Positions 41,361-51,223 of a stretch of 64,000 nucleotides of DNA are shown one piece after another. A program made the translations under genes and the position numbers. Under the pieces are notes generated by a model. It saw only the letters and a list, made by a program, of their open reading frames with translations. It did no database searches and was not told the DNA's origin. Source of the DNA: Candidatus Multivoradales bacterium (GTDB lineage Bacteria; Acidobacteriota; Thermoanaerobaculia; Multivoradales; JAHEKO01); contig CBDFIJ010000004.1 in the NCBI GenBank assembly GCA_965248055.1, positions 256,001 to 320,000 of the forward strand. Reading direction: 5' to 3'. The stretch's first letter is position 1; every line of letters begins with the position of its first letter.

Positions 41361-41981
41361 GTGACCGACTCCAACCTGCTTGCCTTTGTCGTCTTGGTCG
41401 CTTTCTTGATCATCACCCCTGGTGCAGACACCATGGTGCTGTTGCGCAATGCACTTCGTGGAGGTCGTCGGGCAGCGATCCTTTCGGTACTGGGAGGTCG
41501 CTGTGGCCTATTAGTCCATGCTGCTCTATCCATGCTCGGGCTATCTGCGGTTCTGGCTCAGTCAGCCAACGCATTCCAACTGGTGAAATTGGCCGGTGCT
41601 GGGTACCTCGTTTGGCTCGGAATCCAATCCATTCGAGCTGCGGTTCATGGCCAGGCGAGCACTCCGGCAAAAGACCTTCGACCAGCGCTTGCCCATAGCC
41701 CTTGGTCAGAAGGTTTGCTCACCAATGTACTCAACCCCAAAACTGCTTTGTTCTATCTCGCGATCTTGCCCCAGTTCGTCCGGCCGGAAGACACGTTGGT
41801 CAGCCGTTCGATTCTCTTGGTTACGATTCACATTGGCCTTAGCCTGCTCTGGTATCTGGGGCTCGTTGTCGCCGTCGACTCCACGCAAACCTTGGTCACT
41901 CGAAACCGTAAGGTTTTGGACGCGACCAGCGGTTTGTTTATGGTTGTCCTAGGCCTCAAATTGGCCTTCAGCGAGCGCTAG
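41361..41981 (+). CDS. LysE/RhtB family translocator
   Basis: TPGAD, GAGYLVWLG and LLTNVLNPKTALF motifs. Confidence 0.92.
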   Translation: MTDSNLLAFVVLVAFLIITPGADTMVLLRNALRGGRRAAILSVLGGRCGLLVHAALSMLGLSAVLAQSANAFQLVKLAGAGYLVWLGIQSIRAAVHGQASTPAKDLRPALAHSPWSEGLLTNVLNPKTALFYLAILPQFVRPEDTLVSRSILLVTIHIGLSLLWYLGLVVAVDSTQTLVTRNRKVLDATSGLFMVVLGLKLAFSER

Positions 41982-42079
41982 CCGCCGATATTGGTTCTCC
42001 GCTCGCCCGCTCTTGCGCTAGCTGCAGAGCCGATCTCCGAACCCCAGCCAAACGCAATCCGTAACAAAGCTAGAATCGC

Positions 42080-42853
42080 TTGAATTTGACCAGCAGCCTT
42101 GCCATGATTTCACCCACAGCTATCCCGCGTCTTAGTCTCCGACCTCGGACCTTGGCCTCCTGCATTCTTTTTTCTTGTATGTTGGCGGTCGGCCCTATTT
42201 CCTCGCAAGGACAATCTGAGCCTCCTCCCCCACCCAGCGGCGAAGAGTTCCAGTTTGGCGACCTTCCCTACCTGGTAACCCAACCCTTGGATCGAAACGG
42301 TGAGGACGCAATGCCAGTGATCCTGTTTCTCCACGGTGGAGATCGATCCAATATCCGGCATCACCCCCTACGCCACGCTACCTGGGCTGGGATCGAAGAG
42401 TTTCCTTTCCTGGTGGTCGCTCCGCATTGCTCTGGCTCTTGCAGTTGGAGCCGAGTCGATATCGATGGGCTACTAGCCGAGGTCGCGGCGAATTTTTCGA
42501 TCGACCAACAACGTATCTACCTGACCGGCTACAGCATGGGAGGCTACGGCTCTTGGCATGTCGTCACTAATTTTCCCCATTGGTTTGCCGCGGCAGCGCC
42601 GATTGCTGGCGGGGGAGACCCATCTACTATCTGTGCCGCCAAAGACATCCCGATTCGGGCCTACCATGGCGACCAAGACCCGGTGATTACCCATAGTCAG
42701 TCGGTGCGCATGATCGAAGCGTTGCAAGCCTGCTCTGGGGACGCTGAATTGGTAACCTACAAGGGCGGCGATCATGGCGTTTGGCTGCGCACCTTCAAGG
42801 ATCCAGAGTTCTATCGTTGGTTGCTTTCCCATCGCCGCGCATCAGCTCCTTAA
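42080..42853 (+). CDS. Secreted alpha/beta hydrolase (esterase/peptidase)
   Basis: LFLHGG, GYSMGG nucleophile, HGDQD and GDH motifs. Confidence 0.85.
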   Translation: MNLTSSLAMISPTAIPRLSLRPRTLASCILFSCMLAVGPISSQGQSEPPPPPSGEEFQFGDLPYLVTQPLDRNGEDAMPVILFLHGGDRSNIRHHPLRHATWAGIEEFPFLVVAPHCSGSCSWSRVDIDGLLAEVAANFSIDQQRIYLTGYSMGGYGSWHVVTNFPHWFAAAAPIAGGGDPSTICAAKDIPIRAYHGDQDPVITHSQSVRMIEALQACSGDAELVTYKGGDHGVWLRTFKDPEFYRWLLSHRRASAP

Positions 42854-43033
42854 TGCCCTGAGTCCGTGACGCCCTGGCTCTCGGTTCCTTGACTCTCGGC
42901 TCTCGGATCCACTGGCTCCCGGACCCACTGGCGACCAATAAACTTCCCCATCGCACATCCGTACTACCAACCACGGGCGCCCGCAGACCGATTTTGGCTG
43001 CCCTTCAATGACTACTGATTGGGAGCTGGATCA

Positions 43034-44818
43034 ATGTTGAACAAGAGAATCTTGCCTGCCTTTGTCGCGGTACTTTGTACCGCCTACCCTGCCACTGCTG
43101 ACACTTCTTGGGTTGCCGCGAGCGACGAAAATGCCGCAATTCTGTTGCAGGTATTAGCCAAACTAAGCCCGGAAGGGGCGGGAAGATTCGGCGTCGACGG
43201 GCTCGACGAAGAGATCTTTCAACTGCCGCTCGATTTTGCCGACCAATCCATCAGCGCCATGCAAGGTGCGGTCAGCGAGTTGAAGCGAAAGCTGGCCGAA
43301 GAAGAACGCCCTGCAGTACGTCAGGATCTAGAAATCATGATTCAGTCGGCGCAGGACAATATCGAAGGAACGCGCATTTCTGAGCAGTATGAATTGCCCT
43401 ACTTCAATGTCCCACAGACCGTGTTTCGCGGTATTCAGGGCCTGCTCGATGATCGTGTCGAGGCAGAGCGTCGTCCAGCCGCCTTGGCGCGACTGCGTCG
43501 CTACACCGGACTGGAAGAGGGATACACGCCAATTACCGATCAGGCAATTGCCTACATCCGCGCGCGCTTCGACGAGCCCGATCTCAAGGGTCCGTTTCGC
43601 GATGAACTGGAGAAGCACTTGGCCAACAGCGATCGATTTGTCGATGGCATTGAGCAGCTGTTCCAGAAATATCAATTAATCGGCTATGAAGAGGCTCATC
43701 AAGCCCTAGCCACCCAGTTCGTCGAATGGAATACCTTCGTTTCAGGCGAATTGATGGAGCACGCCAGCGACGACTTTAAGCTGCCGCGTGAGGTCTACGC
43801 CAACAACCTCAAAGGGGTGGGCGTGGACATGGACGTCGACCAACTGCAGAGTCGCGCCAAAGCCTCGTTTCGCGAGATTCAAAGTGAGATGCAAGCGATG
43901 GCTGAGCACATTGCCACCGCCCGTGGGCTGGACTCCAGCGACTATCGAGACGTCATTCGGGCTCTGAAGACCGAGCAAGTGATCGGTGAAGAAATCCTGC
44001 CCCACTACCAACAGCGGATGAAAGATCTAGAAGCTCTGATCGTCGCCCACAAGGTGGTCACCCTGCCGGATCGGGATGCGGTCATTCGCCTCGCCAGTGC
44101 GGCCGAGAGCGCTGCGATTCCAGCTCCGCACATGTCGCCACCGCGGCTGATTGGCAACACCGGGGAAACCGGTGAGTTCGTGCTCCCTTTGAAGGTACCC
44201 GGCGAGGCCGGTGAAGAAGATCTCGGGTTCGACGACTTTACGTTCGACGCCGCCTCGTGGACCTTGACGGTGCATGAGGGACGCCCTGGGCATGAGATGC
44301 AGTTCGCTTCGATTATCGAAAATGGCGTCTCGGTCGCTCGCGCACTGTTTGCATTCAATAGCGTCAACGTCGAAGGATGGGCGCTCTATGCCGAGTCGGA
44401 AATGAAGCCCTACATGCCTCTGGAGGGTCAACTCATTTCTCTGCAGCACCGTTTGCTGCGCGCCGCTCGAGCTCACCTCGACCCTGGGTTGCAGCTCGGC
44501 ACCATTACCCGCGAAGAGGCTTTCCGGGTTCTGGAAAAAGACGTTGTGCTGTCCCACGCGATGGCGCTGCAAGAGGTCGAGCGCTATACCTTCTGGGCTC
44601 CCGGCCAGGCGACCTCCTATTTCTGTGGTTACCAACGCCTGCTGGAGCTACGCGCCGACACCGAACGCAAGCTGGGCGAAGCCTTCGACCGCCAAGCCTT
44701 CCACGACTTTGTACTGGCACAAGGGCTTCTGCCACCCAACCTGATCCGCAAAGCGGTAATGGAAGAATTTGTCGCGCCCCGACTGCAAACCGTTGAAGCA
44801 GGACAGATCAAGGGTTAG
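43034..44818 (+). CDS. DUF885 family exported protein
   Basis: HEGRPGH, EGWALYAE, EVERY and PGQATSY motifs. Confidence 0.9.
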   Translation: MLNKRILPAFVAVLCTAYPATADTSWVAASDENAAILLQVLAKLSPEGAGRFGVDGLDEEIFQLPLDFADQSISAMQGAVSELKRKLAEEERPAVRQDLEIMIQSAQDNIEGTRISEQYELPYFNVPQTVFRGIQGLLDDRVEAERRPAALARLRRYTGLEEGYTPITDQAIAYIRARFDEPDLKGPFRDELEKHLANSDRFVDGIEQLFQKYQLIGYEEAHQALATQFVEWNTFVSGELMEHASDDFKLPREVYANNLKGVGVDMDVDQLQSRAKASFREIQSEMQAMAEHIATARGLDSSDYRDVIRALKTEQVIGEEILPHYQQRMKDLEALIVAHKVVTLPDRDAVIRLASAAESAAIPAPHMSPPRLIGNTGETGEFVLPLKVPGEAGEEDLGFDDFTFDAASWTLTVHEGRPGHEMQFASIIENGVSVARALFAFNSVNVEGWALYAESEMKPYMPLEGQLISLQHRLLRAARAHLDPGLQLGTITREEAFRVLEKDVVLSHAMALQEVERYTFWAPGQATSYFCGYQRLLELRADTERKLGEAFDRQAFHDFVLAQGLLPPNLIRKAVMEEFVAPRLQTVEAGQIKG

Positions 44819-44836
44819 CGAAGAAACCCGCTTCTT

Positions 44837-46114
44837 TCAATCTTGGCGGCGAAACCGAAACACCAACCCACCCACCACGATCGCCACCGCTGCAGAGATT
44901 AGGTGGCGGGGCTCGGCACTCGCGCCCAACCCAAGCGTCACGGCTGCCGCGGCAAGCGGAATCGCCCAACCACCCGGAAGTCTCCAACCATCGGAGTCAG
45001 GGAACCGTCGGCGTAGGACCGGCAAAGCCGCAATCGTGCCCAAATAGGTCGCGAGCCGAGCGACCACCGACAACGACGCTAGCGCAGCAAAACTCCCGCT
45101 CAAAGCGAGGGGTAAGGCGATCGCAATTTGCAGTGCAATCGCAGCAGTTGGGGTCTTATGCCGAGGATGGAGACGGGCCAACTGACGAGGCCCGTAGCCA
45201 TCGTTGGCGAGTGCCCATAAGTAGCGAGGCCCCGCCAAAATCGTATTACCCTGGGTACCCAAGATGGAAATCGCAGCACCCACCGTCAATAACAGCCCCG
45301 CAGCGGGGCCGATCATTCTTGTGGCGGCGTCGGCCAACGGCGAAGCCGAAGCCGCGGCATTGGGCAGAGTCGCCAACGCCAGCCACTGCACGGCAAAGTA
45401 GAGAACCGCAACGATCCCAATGTGTACCAACAATCCGAATGGCAGGTCTTTGCGCGGATTACGATACTCGCCCGCCGCGGCAGGGGTATTTTCAAAACCA
45501 GCAAAGGCATAGAGAAGAAGCAGTGCGGCGGCACCCAGATCGCCGCTGCCGGGCGGCTGGGCGGCGACTTGAGCGGGATCAGCGAACCAAGCAGCGATCA
45601 CAACGAACACCCCTAGAGGAATCAATTTGGCGATGACCATCGCCACCGCAGCACGAACTCCACTCTTGACACCGATCCAATTCAGCCAAGCCAAGGCCAA
45701 GATCGGGACCACAATCGCAATCACTCTCCCCCAGCCGGAGCCGGCCTGCGGCCACAGGTAACTGATAGCGAGAGCGAATCCAGCTCCCAATGAGGCCACC
45801 GATGCGACTCGAGCCAGCCAAGTCATCCAGCCAATCTCAAAGCCGATGAAATCGCCAAACGCGGTTTTGGCGTAGAGATAGGCGCCACCCGGCTGATCAA
45901 AGTAGCTGGACGCTTCGGCAAAGCAAAGGACAACCAGAGTCACCGCAACAGCTGCTGCCAGAACTGCCCAAACACTGGCCGGCCCCAACACCAATGCTGC
46001 GGCGGCAGGCAGCAAGTAGACGCCCGAGCCGATGACGTCATTAAGAGCCAGAGCGACGACCTGCCAACGAGAAACCACCCGTTGCATTTCCACCGATTGT
46101 TTAGTTTGCATCAC
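44837..46114 (-). CDS. APC family amino acid permease
   Basis: IGSGVY, GGAYLY and YAFAGFE...AGEYRNPRK motifs. Confidence 0.92.
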   Translation of the reverse strand: MMQTKQSVEMQRVVSRWQVVALALNDVIGSGVYLLPAAAALVLGPASVWAVLAAAVAVTLVVLCFAEASSYFDQPGGAYLYAKTAFGDFIGFEIGWMTWLARVASVASLGAGFALAISYLWPQAGSGWGRVIAIVVPILALAWLNWIGVKSGVRAAVAMVIAKLIPLGVFVVIAAWFADPAQVAAQPPGSGDLGAAALLLLYAFAGFENTPAAAGEYRNPRKDLPFGLLVHIGIVAVLYFAVQWLALATLPNAAASASPLADAATRMIGPAAGLLLTVGAAISILGTQGNTILAGPRYLWALANDGYGPRQLARLHPRHKTPTAAIALQIAIALPLALSGSFAALASLSVVARLATYLGTIAALPVLRRRFPDSDGWRLPGGWAIPLAAAAVTLGLGASAEPRHLISAAVAIVVGGLVFRFRRQD

Positions 46115-46152
46115 GCGGCCATACTACTGGTGGATAGCTAACAAGCTAACGA

Positions 46153-46370
46153 TCATCGCAGTCGCGAAAACAACCGCAACGCCCCGGACAGCAACAGACT
46201 GACCAGAATCCCGCTGGTGAGCGGAAGTACATCTTGAAACCCCGATGATCGACGCGAATATCTCCACGCAGCCTCCCCAAAGGGAAAGATGGGGAAAAGT
46301 ACAGCACCAGCCCGACAGCCAGGATTGCCGCGCCAACCAGGATCAGTGGGCGAGCGAATTGTTCCTTCAT
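46153..46370 (-). pseudogene. DUF2905 family small membrane protein with 1-nt frameshift
   Basis: GRLRGDI...MYF; adding one C near 46223 restores PLTSGILVSLLLSGALRLFSRLR*. Confidence 0.7.
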
Positions 46371-46468
46371 CCGATCCTATCGCCGCTTCTGCTGTAGCTC
46401 GATCACATCCAGCAAGGTACGGTCCACGTACCCATCATGTTGTGCAACCGCTTCACCAAGGAGACTCT

Positions 46469-46897
46469 ATGAAACCCGTTCCAACACGCATCCGTCCTTT
46501 CGCCTTCGTCGTAGTTCTCATGAGCGCTCTTCTAGTAGCAGGGGTCCCCGCGGTTAGTGAGGGCACGGGAGCAACTGAGGGAACATGGGTCAGCAAGCAA
46601 TACAAAGTCGCCGGTGAATGGCAGATTGCCCAAGATGGCGATGATCGTTTCCTGGTCCTGAGCGCGGACTTCAAAACCAAGAAAGGCCCAGATCTCAAGA
46701 TCTTTCTGTCACCGCAATCGCTCGATCAAGTGACCGGAGAAACCGCGACAGACGGTGCCGTTTTGCTTGCGCTCCTCGATCAACCCAAAGGCGAGCAACG
46801 GTTTGAGATTCCCTCTGGTATCGACCTCAGCGACTATCAGTCGATCCTCATCCACTGTGAGAAATATTCCGTTCTTTGGGGCGGAGCATCGCTCTAG
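46469..46897 (+). CDS. DM13 domain exported protein
   Basis: GPDLKIFLS and IDLSDYQSILIHCEKYSVLWG motifs; AAGGAG RBS; signal peptide. Confidence 0.88.
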   Translation: MKPVPTRIRPFAFVVVLMSALLVAGVPAVSEGTGATEGTWVSKQYKVAGEWQIAQDGDDRFLVLSADFKTKKGPDLKIFLSPQSLDQVTGETATDGAVLLALLDQPKGEQRFEIPSGIDLSDYQSILIHCEKYSVLWGGASL

Positions 46898-46935
46898 GCA
46901 ATGCACGACGACCCCAGACCGGTCGTGCCTGTGCT

Positions 46936-47805
46936 TCAAACCATCAAGCCAACGAAACCAAGTAGCGGCACCGTCAGCGCATCATCACCGGTACTTTCAA
47001 TTTGCAATCGGGCTTCAGCAGGATCGATCATCTTCGAGAACAAGCGCCAGGCGACCTCTGCATCCATTCGGATGTCAGTGGTCGGGGTAGCAAACGAACC
47101 TGGATGCAGTCGCCAAGCACCCTCCCCCTTTGCCAACGTCCATGAGGCGATAACCGAACCGGTAACCCTCAGCACAACGGAGCTCCCAACCTCAGCCTGA
47201 GCCTCCCGGTAGGCATGCGGAAGCCCGCGGACAAAGGTCTCCAGGGCCGGTGTGACCCAATCCGACGAATCCAGCAACGGTGCACTAACCGCCTCACGGA
47301 TCTGCTGTTGATGGTGCCACTTCTCGGTGTATTCCCGCGCGATATCGAAAGCGTTAGTTGAATGCTCCTCGCCTGCCCATGCGACACCAAACATGGCCTC
47401 CCCTTCCGGGTCCAAGCTCTCGAACAGATCGCAGACCTGGGGGCCGACAAGCTTCTGTAGTTCCATAATCACCCGCGGGCTCACCCGGGCAAACGCCTGC
47501 TGCCAGGTGGCGTTGAGTTGGTCGAGATAGTCAACCAGAGTTTCGTAACCATCAATCTCCCGGTCCGGAGGCGGACCGAAGTAGCCATCTCGTTGCATTG
47601 ACAACCGTCGTACATCTCCGTCCAACAAGTGCGCTGCGACATCGCGCACCCGCCAATCACCGCTGCGGGTTGGTCGGTTCCAATCCTCGTCTGCGAGTCC
47701 GGTCAGCAACTCGATCAGTTCCTTCTGGACTGGGCGAAATAGATGTTCGGTACGGATCGTTGGAAGGTTAGTCATTGAACGCGATGCCGGTGTGGATGCC
47801 ATCAA
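46936..47805 (-). CDS. Maleylpyruvate isomerase N-terminal domain (DinB superfamily) protein
   Basis: WRVRDVAAHL and EKWHHQQQIR motifs. Confidence 0.82.
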   Translation of the reverse strand: MMASTPASRSMTNLPTIRTEHLFRPVQKELIELLTGLADEDWNRPTRSGDWRVRDVAAHLLDGDVRRLSMQRDGYFGPPPDREIDGYETLVDYLDQLNATWQQAFARVSPRVIMELQKLVGPQVCDLFESLDPEGEAMFGVAWAGEEHSTNAFDIAREYTEKWHHQQQIREAVSAPLLDSSDWVTPALETFVRGLPHAYREAQAEVGSSVVLRVTGSVIASWTLAKGEGAWRLHPGSFATPTTDIRMDAEVAWRLFSKMIDPAEARLQIESTGDDALTVPLLGFVGLMV

Positions 47806-48443
47806 TCGTCCTTGGTGAAATCCAAGGGAAAATAGGCAATGGTCAGCCGATATTCGCGGTCATCTTCCTCGATGGTGTCGGAGTCGCAACACTCCATCAC
47901 TTCTTCCAGGAGCGCATGGAGTTGCTTCTGAATCGCAGCGATCTTGGCTGGCGAGGCGATGATCTTGGCATGGGTCAACACCCCCTCCTCTTCTAGCGTA
48001 TGTCCTTGTCCACTCGCCGCCAGTGCCTTGAGTTCTTGGGCGGCCTGATCCATCAACGTCGAGACCACTTTCACCAGGGATTCGGTGCCCTCTTCGGAGT
48101 TGGCTTGAGAAAACAGTTCTGGACTCGCCCGAAACGACTTGGCCACCGCTAGGTAGTACTTTTCCAACGTACCTCGGTTCTGCTGGGTCCGGGTCGGTTC
48201 AATCACGCCAACCCGCTCCATTGCTTCAACATGATGGTAAAGACGAGTCGGTTTCTCTCCTAAGTACTCGGCGACCTGCTTGGTGGTCCTTTCCTGCCCC
48301 AACGCCTCTAGGATGCGCACCCGCAATGGATCCGCCAGCACCTTGACCTGCTCCAGGTCGGTCAGTGTGTAGGACTCCAGCGCTGGAGTCCGGAGGCTCT
48401 TGCCAGCTGCGCCATTGGTTTTCTTGCTCTTGTGCGTTGTCAT
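47802..48443 (-). CDS. ArsR-like winged-HTH regulator
   Basis: LADPLRVRIL, LYHHV and RGTLEKYY motifs. Confidence 0.85.
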   Translation of the reverse strand: MTTHKSKKTNGAAGKSLRTPALESYTLTDLEQVKVLADPLRVRILEALGQERTTKQVAEYLGEKPTRLYHHVEAMERVGVIEPTRTQQNRGTLEKYYLAVAKSFRASPELFSQANSEEGTESLVKVVSTLMDQAAQELKALAASGQGHTLEEEGVLTHAKIIASPAKIAAIQKQLHALLEEVMECCDSDTIEEDDREYRLTIAYFPLDFTKDD

Positions 48444-48492
48444 CGTTTCTCCGCGGATCGGGACCATCTTACCCCCCATTGACGTAATCTTT

Positions 48493-48516
48493 ATTATTCA
48501 AGTATTATTGAATAAT
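48493..48516. promoter_or_regulatory. Operator-like palindrome in the divergent promoter
   Basis: ATTATTCAA-N6-TTGAATAAT perfect 9-bp IR in an AT-rich patch between the regulator and the MFS gene. Confidence 0.7.
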
Positions 48517-48550
48517 CATCAATCGCCGCATAATACTCAGGAGTCGAACA

Positions 48551-49873
48551 GTGCCGCCAAAAACAACAGTCCCTCAAGAACAAGTGTCGCTCACAGAAGT
48601 GCCTCCCTCAGAAACTCCATCAACCAGAATGTCTCTAAGCGACTCGATGCGCCCCTTTTTCGTTCTCTGGACAGGACAAGCGCTGTCTCTCATCGGCAGC
48701 CAAGCAGTCCAGTTCGCCATCATTTGGTGGCTGACCATACAGACGCAATCTGCAGCGATCCTGGCAGCGGCGACCTTCGTCGGGCTCTTCCCTCAAGTGG
48801 TCCTAGGCCCGTTGATCGGAGCCCTCGTAGATCGATGGAATCGCAAGCGCATCATGTTGCTCGCCGACGCGGGAATCGCGGTTGCGTCTGGATTGCTCGC
48901 CCTACTCTTTCTCACCGGTAACGCTGGGATTATCCACGTCTTCGCCTTGCTCTTGGTCCGCGCGTTGGGGGCTGCGTTCCACGCACCGGCCATGCTCGCT
49001 TCGACTACGCTGATGGTGCCGAAACAACACCTAACCCGGATCCAAGGTCTCAACCAAGCCGTCCAAGGAGGCCTGCTTATCATCTCTGCTCCGTTGGGAG
49101 CCTTGCTTTACGCCAGTTTGTCTATGGCAGTAGTAATGACGGTGGATATCGCAACTGCTTTGGTGGCCATCTTGCCGTTAATTTGGATTCGGGTCCCGCA
49201 ACCTGAGACGGGTGCCGCAAAAGTTGAACCCGGAGCAGCGAATCACCCAATGCAACAACTGGTCAGTGAGATGGTCGCAGGTTTTCTCTACCTATGGCAA
49301 CGCAACGGCCATTTCGCGCTGCTTACCGCAGCAGCCTTGATCAACCTACTGATGGTCCCGGCCTTCTCTCTACTTCCTCTCCTAGTTAGTGAGCGGGGCG
49401 GTAGCGCCCTCGAACTCGGCTGGATGACCGCCGGATTTGGTGTCGGTACCATCGTTGGTGGTGTTGCGTTGGGGGTCTGGGGAGGGTTTAAGCGACGCAT
49501 CGTCACCACACTGACCGCATTGGTCGGTGTCGGCATCGCCACCATGGTTCTGAGTACTGCTTCGGCGTCAACATTTCTGGTGTCGTTGGCAGCGATCTTT
49601 GGCGTCGGCGCTATGATCGCCCTCACGAACGGCCCTATCCAGGCTATTCTGCAAGCTACCGTCCCCCCTGAATACCAAGGTCGTGTCTTCACTCTCTACG
49701 GTAGCTTGGCTGGCATCGCCGCACCGATCGGGTTGGTGCTTGCCGCCCCGGTGGCTGACCGAATGGGAATTGCCTGGTGGTACCTCGCGGCCGGAGCAAT
49801 GTGCATACTGATGGGCGCTATCGGGCTGTTGACCCCGTCGCTAATGAAGATCGAAGAGGGCACCCAAATTTGA
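48551..49873 (+). CDS. MFS efflux transporter (DHA3/Mef-like)
   Basis: WTGQALSLIGS, GALVDRWNRK and QGRVF motifs; about 12 TM helices. Confidence 0.9.
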   Translation: MPPKTTVPQEQVSLTEVPPSETPSTRMSLSDSMRPFFVLWTGQALSLIGSQAVQFAIIWWLTIQTQSAAILAAATFVGLFPQVVLGPLIGALVDRWNRKRIMLLADAGIAVASGLLALLFLTGNAGIIHVFALLLVRALGAAFHAPAMLASTTLMVPKQHLTRIQGLNQAVQGGLLIISAPLGALLYASLSMAVVMTVDIATALVAILPLIWIRVPQPETGAAKVEPGAANHPMQQLVSEMVAGFLYLWQRNGHFALLTAAALINLLMVPAFSLLPLLVSERGGSALELGWMTAGFGVGTIVGGVALGVWGGFKRRIVTTLTALVGVGIATMVLSTASASTFLVSLAAIFGVGAMIALTNGPIQAILQATVPPEYQGRVFTLYGSLAGIAAPIGLVLAAPVADRMGIAWWYLAAGAMCILMGAIGLLTPSLMKIEEGTQI

Positions 49874-49932
49874 CGGCCACCCAGCCAATCCGTTCGACGA
49901 CCAGCTAGCAACGCATCTTCTTGAGAACCCTG

Positions 49933-50529
49933 TCACTCGACCTCAGACGCCGCTGGAGCTACCCGCCGAATTTCCTCTATTGCCTTTTTGGCAAGTACTG
50001 TGAGGTTGGCGGCGATATCAGCCGCTTGCAGTTCTTCAAGCCATGGAAGAGCTGCAGTTATAAATAACTCCCCAAGGTTCTCGATCGCAAACTTCTGCAC
50101 GTTGTATGAAGGAGAGAGTGCCATCTCCATCAACACCGTATGCAGCCGTGGGTCGGTGGGATTCAGCTTCTTCCATGCCGTAGCGGCGGCTTGGCACACA
50201 TCCTGATTCCACCCTGCCTCGGCGAAGGAAACCACCTTGGGGAACAGACTCGGACGATCCAGTTCGCCGATAGCTTCCAGCGTTGCGGTGCGAATCTTGT
50301 CATTCCAGGAGGATCGTTCGAGCTGAGGTTCCAATAACTGAGCGTCAATCCCGGGATTGGTTTTGACAAGTGCAACCATCGCCGCCGCGACAACGTCAAA
50401 GTGGGGCTCACTCTCGACCACTCTCGACAGGATCTCCGCAGCAGTCGAACCACCGAGATCGGCCAAGGCGAGTACTGCAGCCTTGCGAACCCGGTAATCG
50501 CTGTCGATGGTCAACGCTCTTTCGGCCAA
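49933..50529 (-). CDS. HEAT-repeat protein, possibly a gene remnant
   Basis: VRKAAVLALADL-type repeats; begins abruptly with a TTG and no clear RBS. Confidence 0.55.
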   Translation of the reverse strand: MAERALTIDSDYRVRKAAVLALADLGGSTAAEILSRVVESEPHFDVVAAAMVALVKTNPGIDAQLLEPQLERSSWNDKIRTATLEAIGELDRPSLFPKVVSFAEAGWNQDVCQAAATAWKKLNPTDPRLHTVLMEMALSPSYNVQKFAIENLGELFITAALPWLEELQAADIAANLTVLAKKAIEEIRRVAPAASEVE

Positions 50530-50740
50530 AGTGAGACCGTCCGTAAAACGAAGTGCACCTAGCAGCTGGCCAGCCTCCGCTCGTTCGCCCCAGAACTTGT
50601 CCGCTCAGAGGGCAACGGTCACCGCTCTTATGGCTTGAGTGACTGGTTGGAAAACGGTCTGCGAGTTGGCGCAGAGCCCTCAGTCGCCCAACCAGAGAGT
50701 CGTTGGATCCGTCCCCAGGCAAACAGCCAGACTTCCCAGT

Positions 50741-50905
50741 TCAGTTCATCTGTGCAGTCCAAGAGCTTTCTGGCTGGTGGATCTCACCGTCCAGGTCATC
50801 CAGCTTCTCTTGGAAGAACTTTCGCGCATCTTGCACCGCTTGGTAATAGACCTGAGGTTCCGTCGTAGAGAGGCAAAAATCAAGAATTCGCTCCGCACGA
50901 TAGCG
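50741..50905 (-). pseudogene. DUF2164-like fragment
   Basis: AERILDFCLS..EPQVYYQAVQDARKFFQEKLDDLDGEIHQPE resembles the family C-terminal half; N-terminus is scrambled. Confidence 0.5.
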
Positions 50906-51223
50906 ACTCGAAGAAGAGCGATCGGCTTCCGGTACTGCCTCCCGCTGGGATGACGAAGGGAGGGAAGTCTGTCTGCCCTCACACGTCCGACTCGATGCCG
51001 GGAAGGGAGCTTGATCGACACCATGAGAGAGGAAACCCTCAATCATTAGAAAATCGAGGCATCCCTAGGCCGACGTTTTTGTCATCCTGAGCAGAGGCCA
51101 TAAGCCGGAGTTGAAGGATCTCGATGGTGGCAATGTGTCTTATGTAGGGGAGCCCTTCATGGGCTCCCGCTGGTGGCGGCCGAAGGATCTCGTCTTCCGC
51201 TGGAACGCTGGATCGTACCGAGG

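Noticed and set aside
42871-42935. Imperfect CTGGCTCTCGG tandem repeats
   Set aside because: Short, degenerate, no spacers; probably slippage
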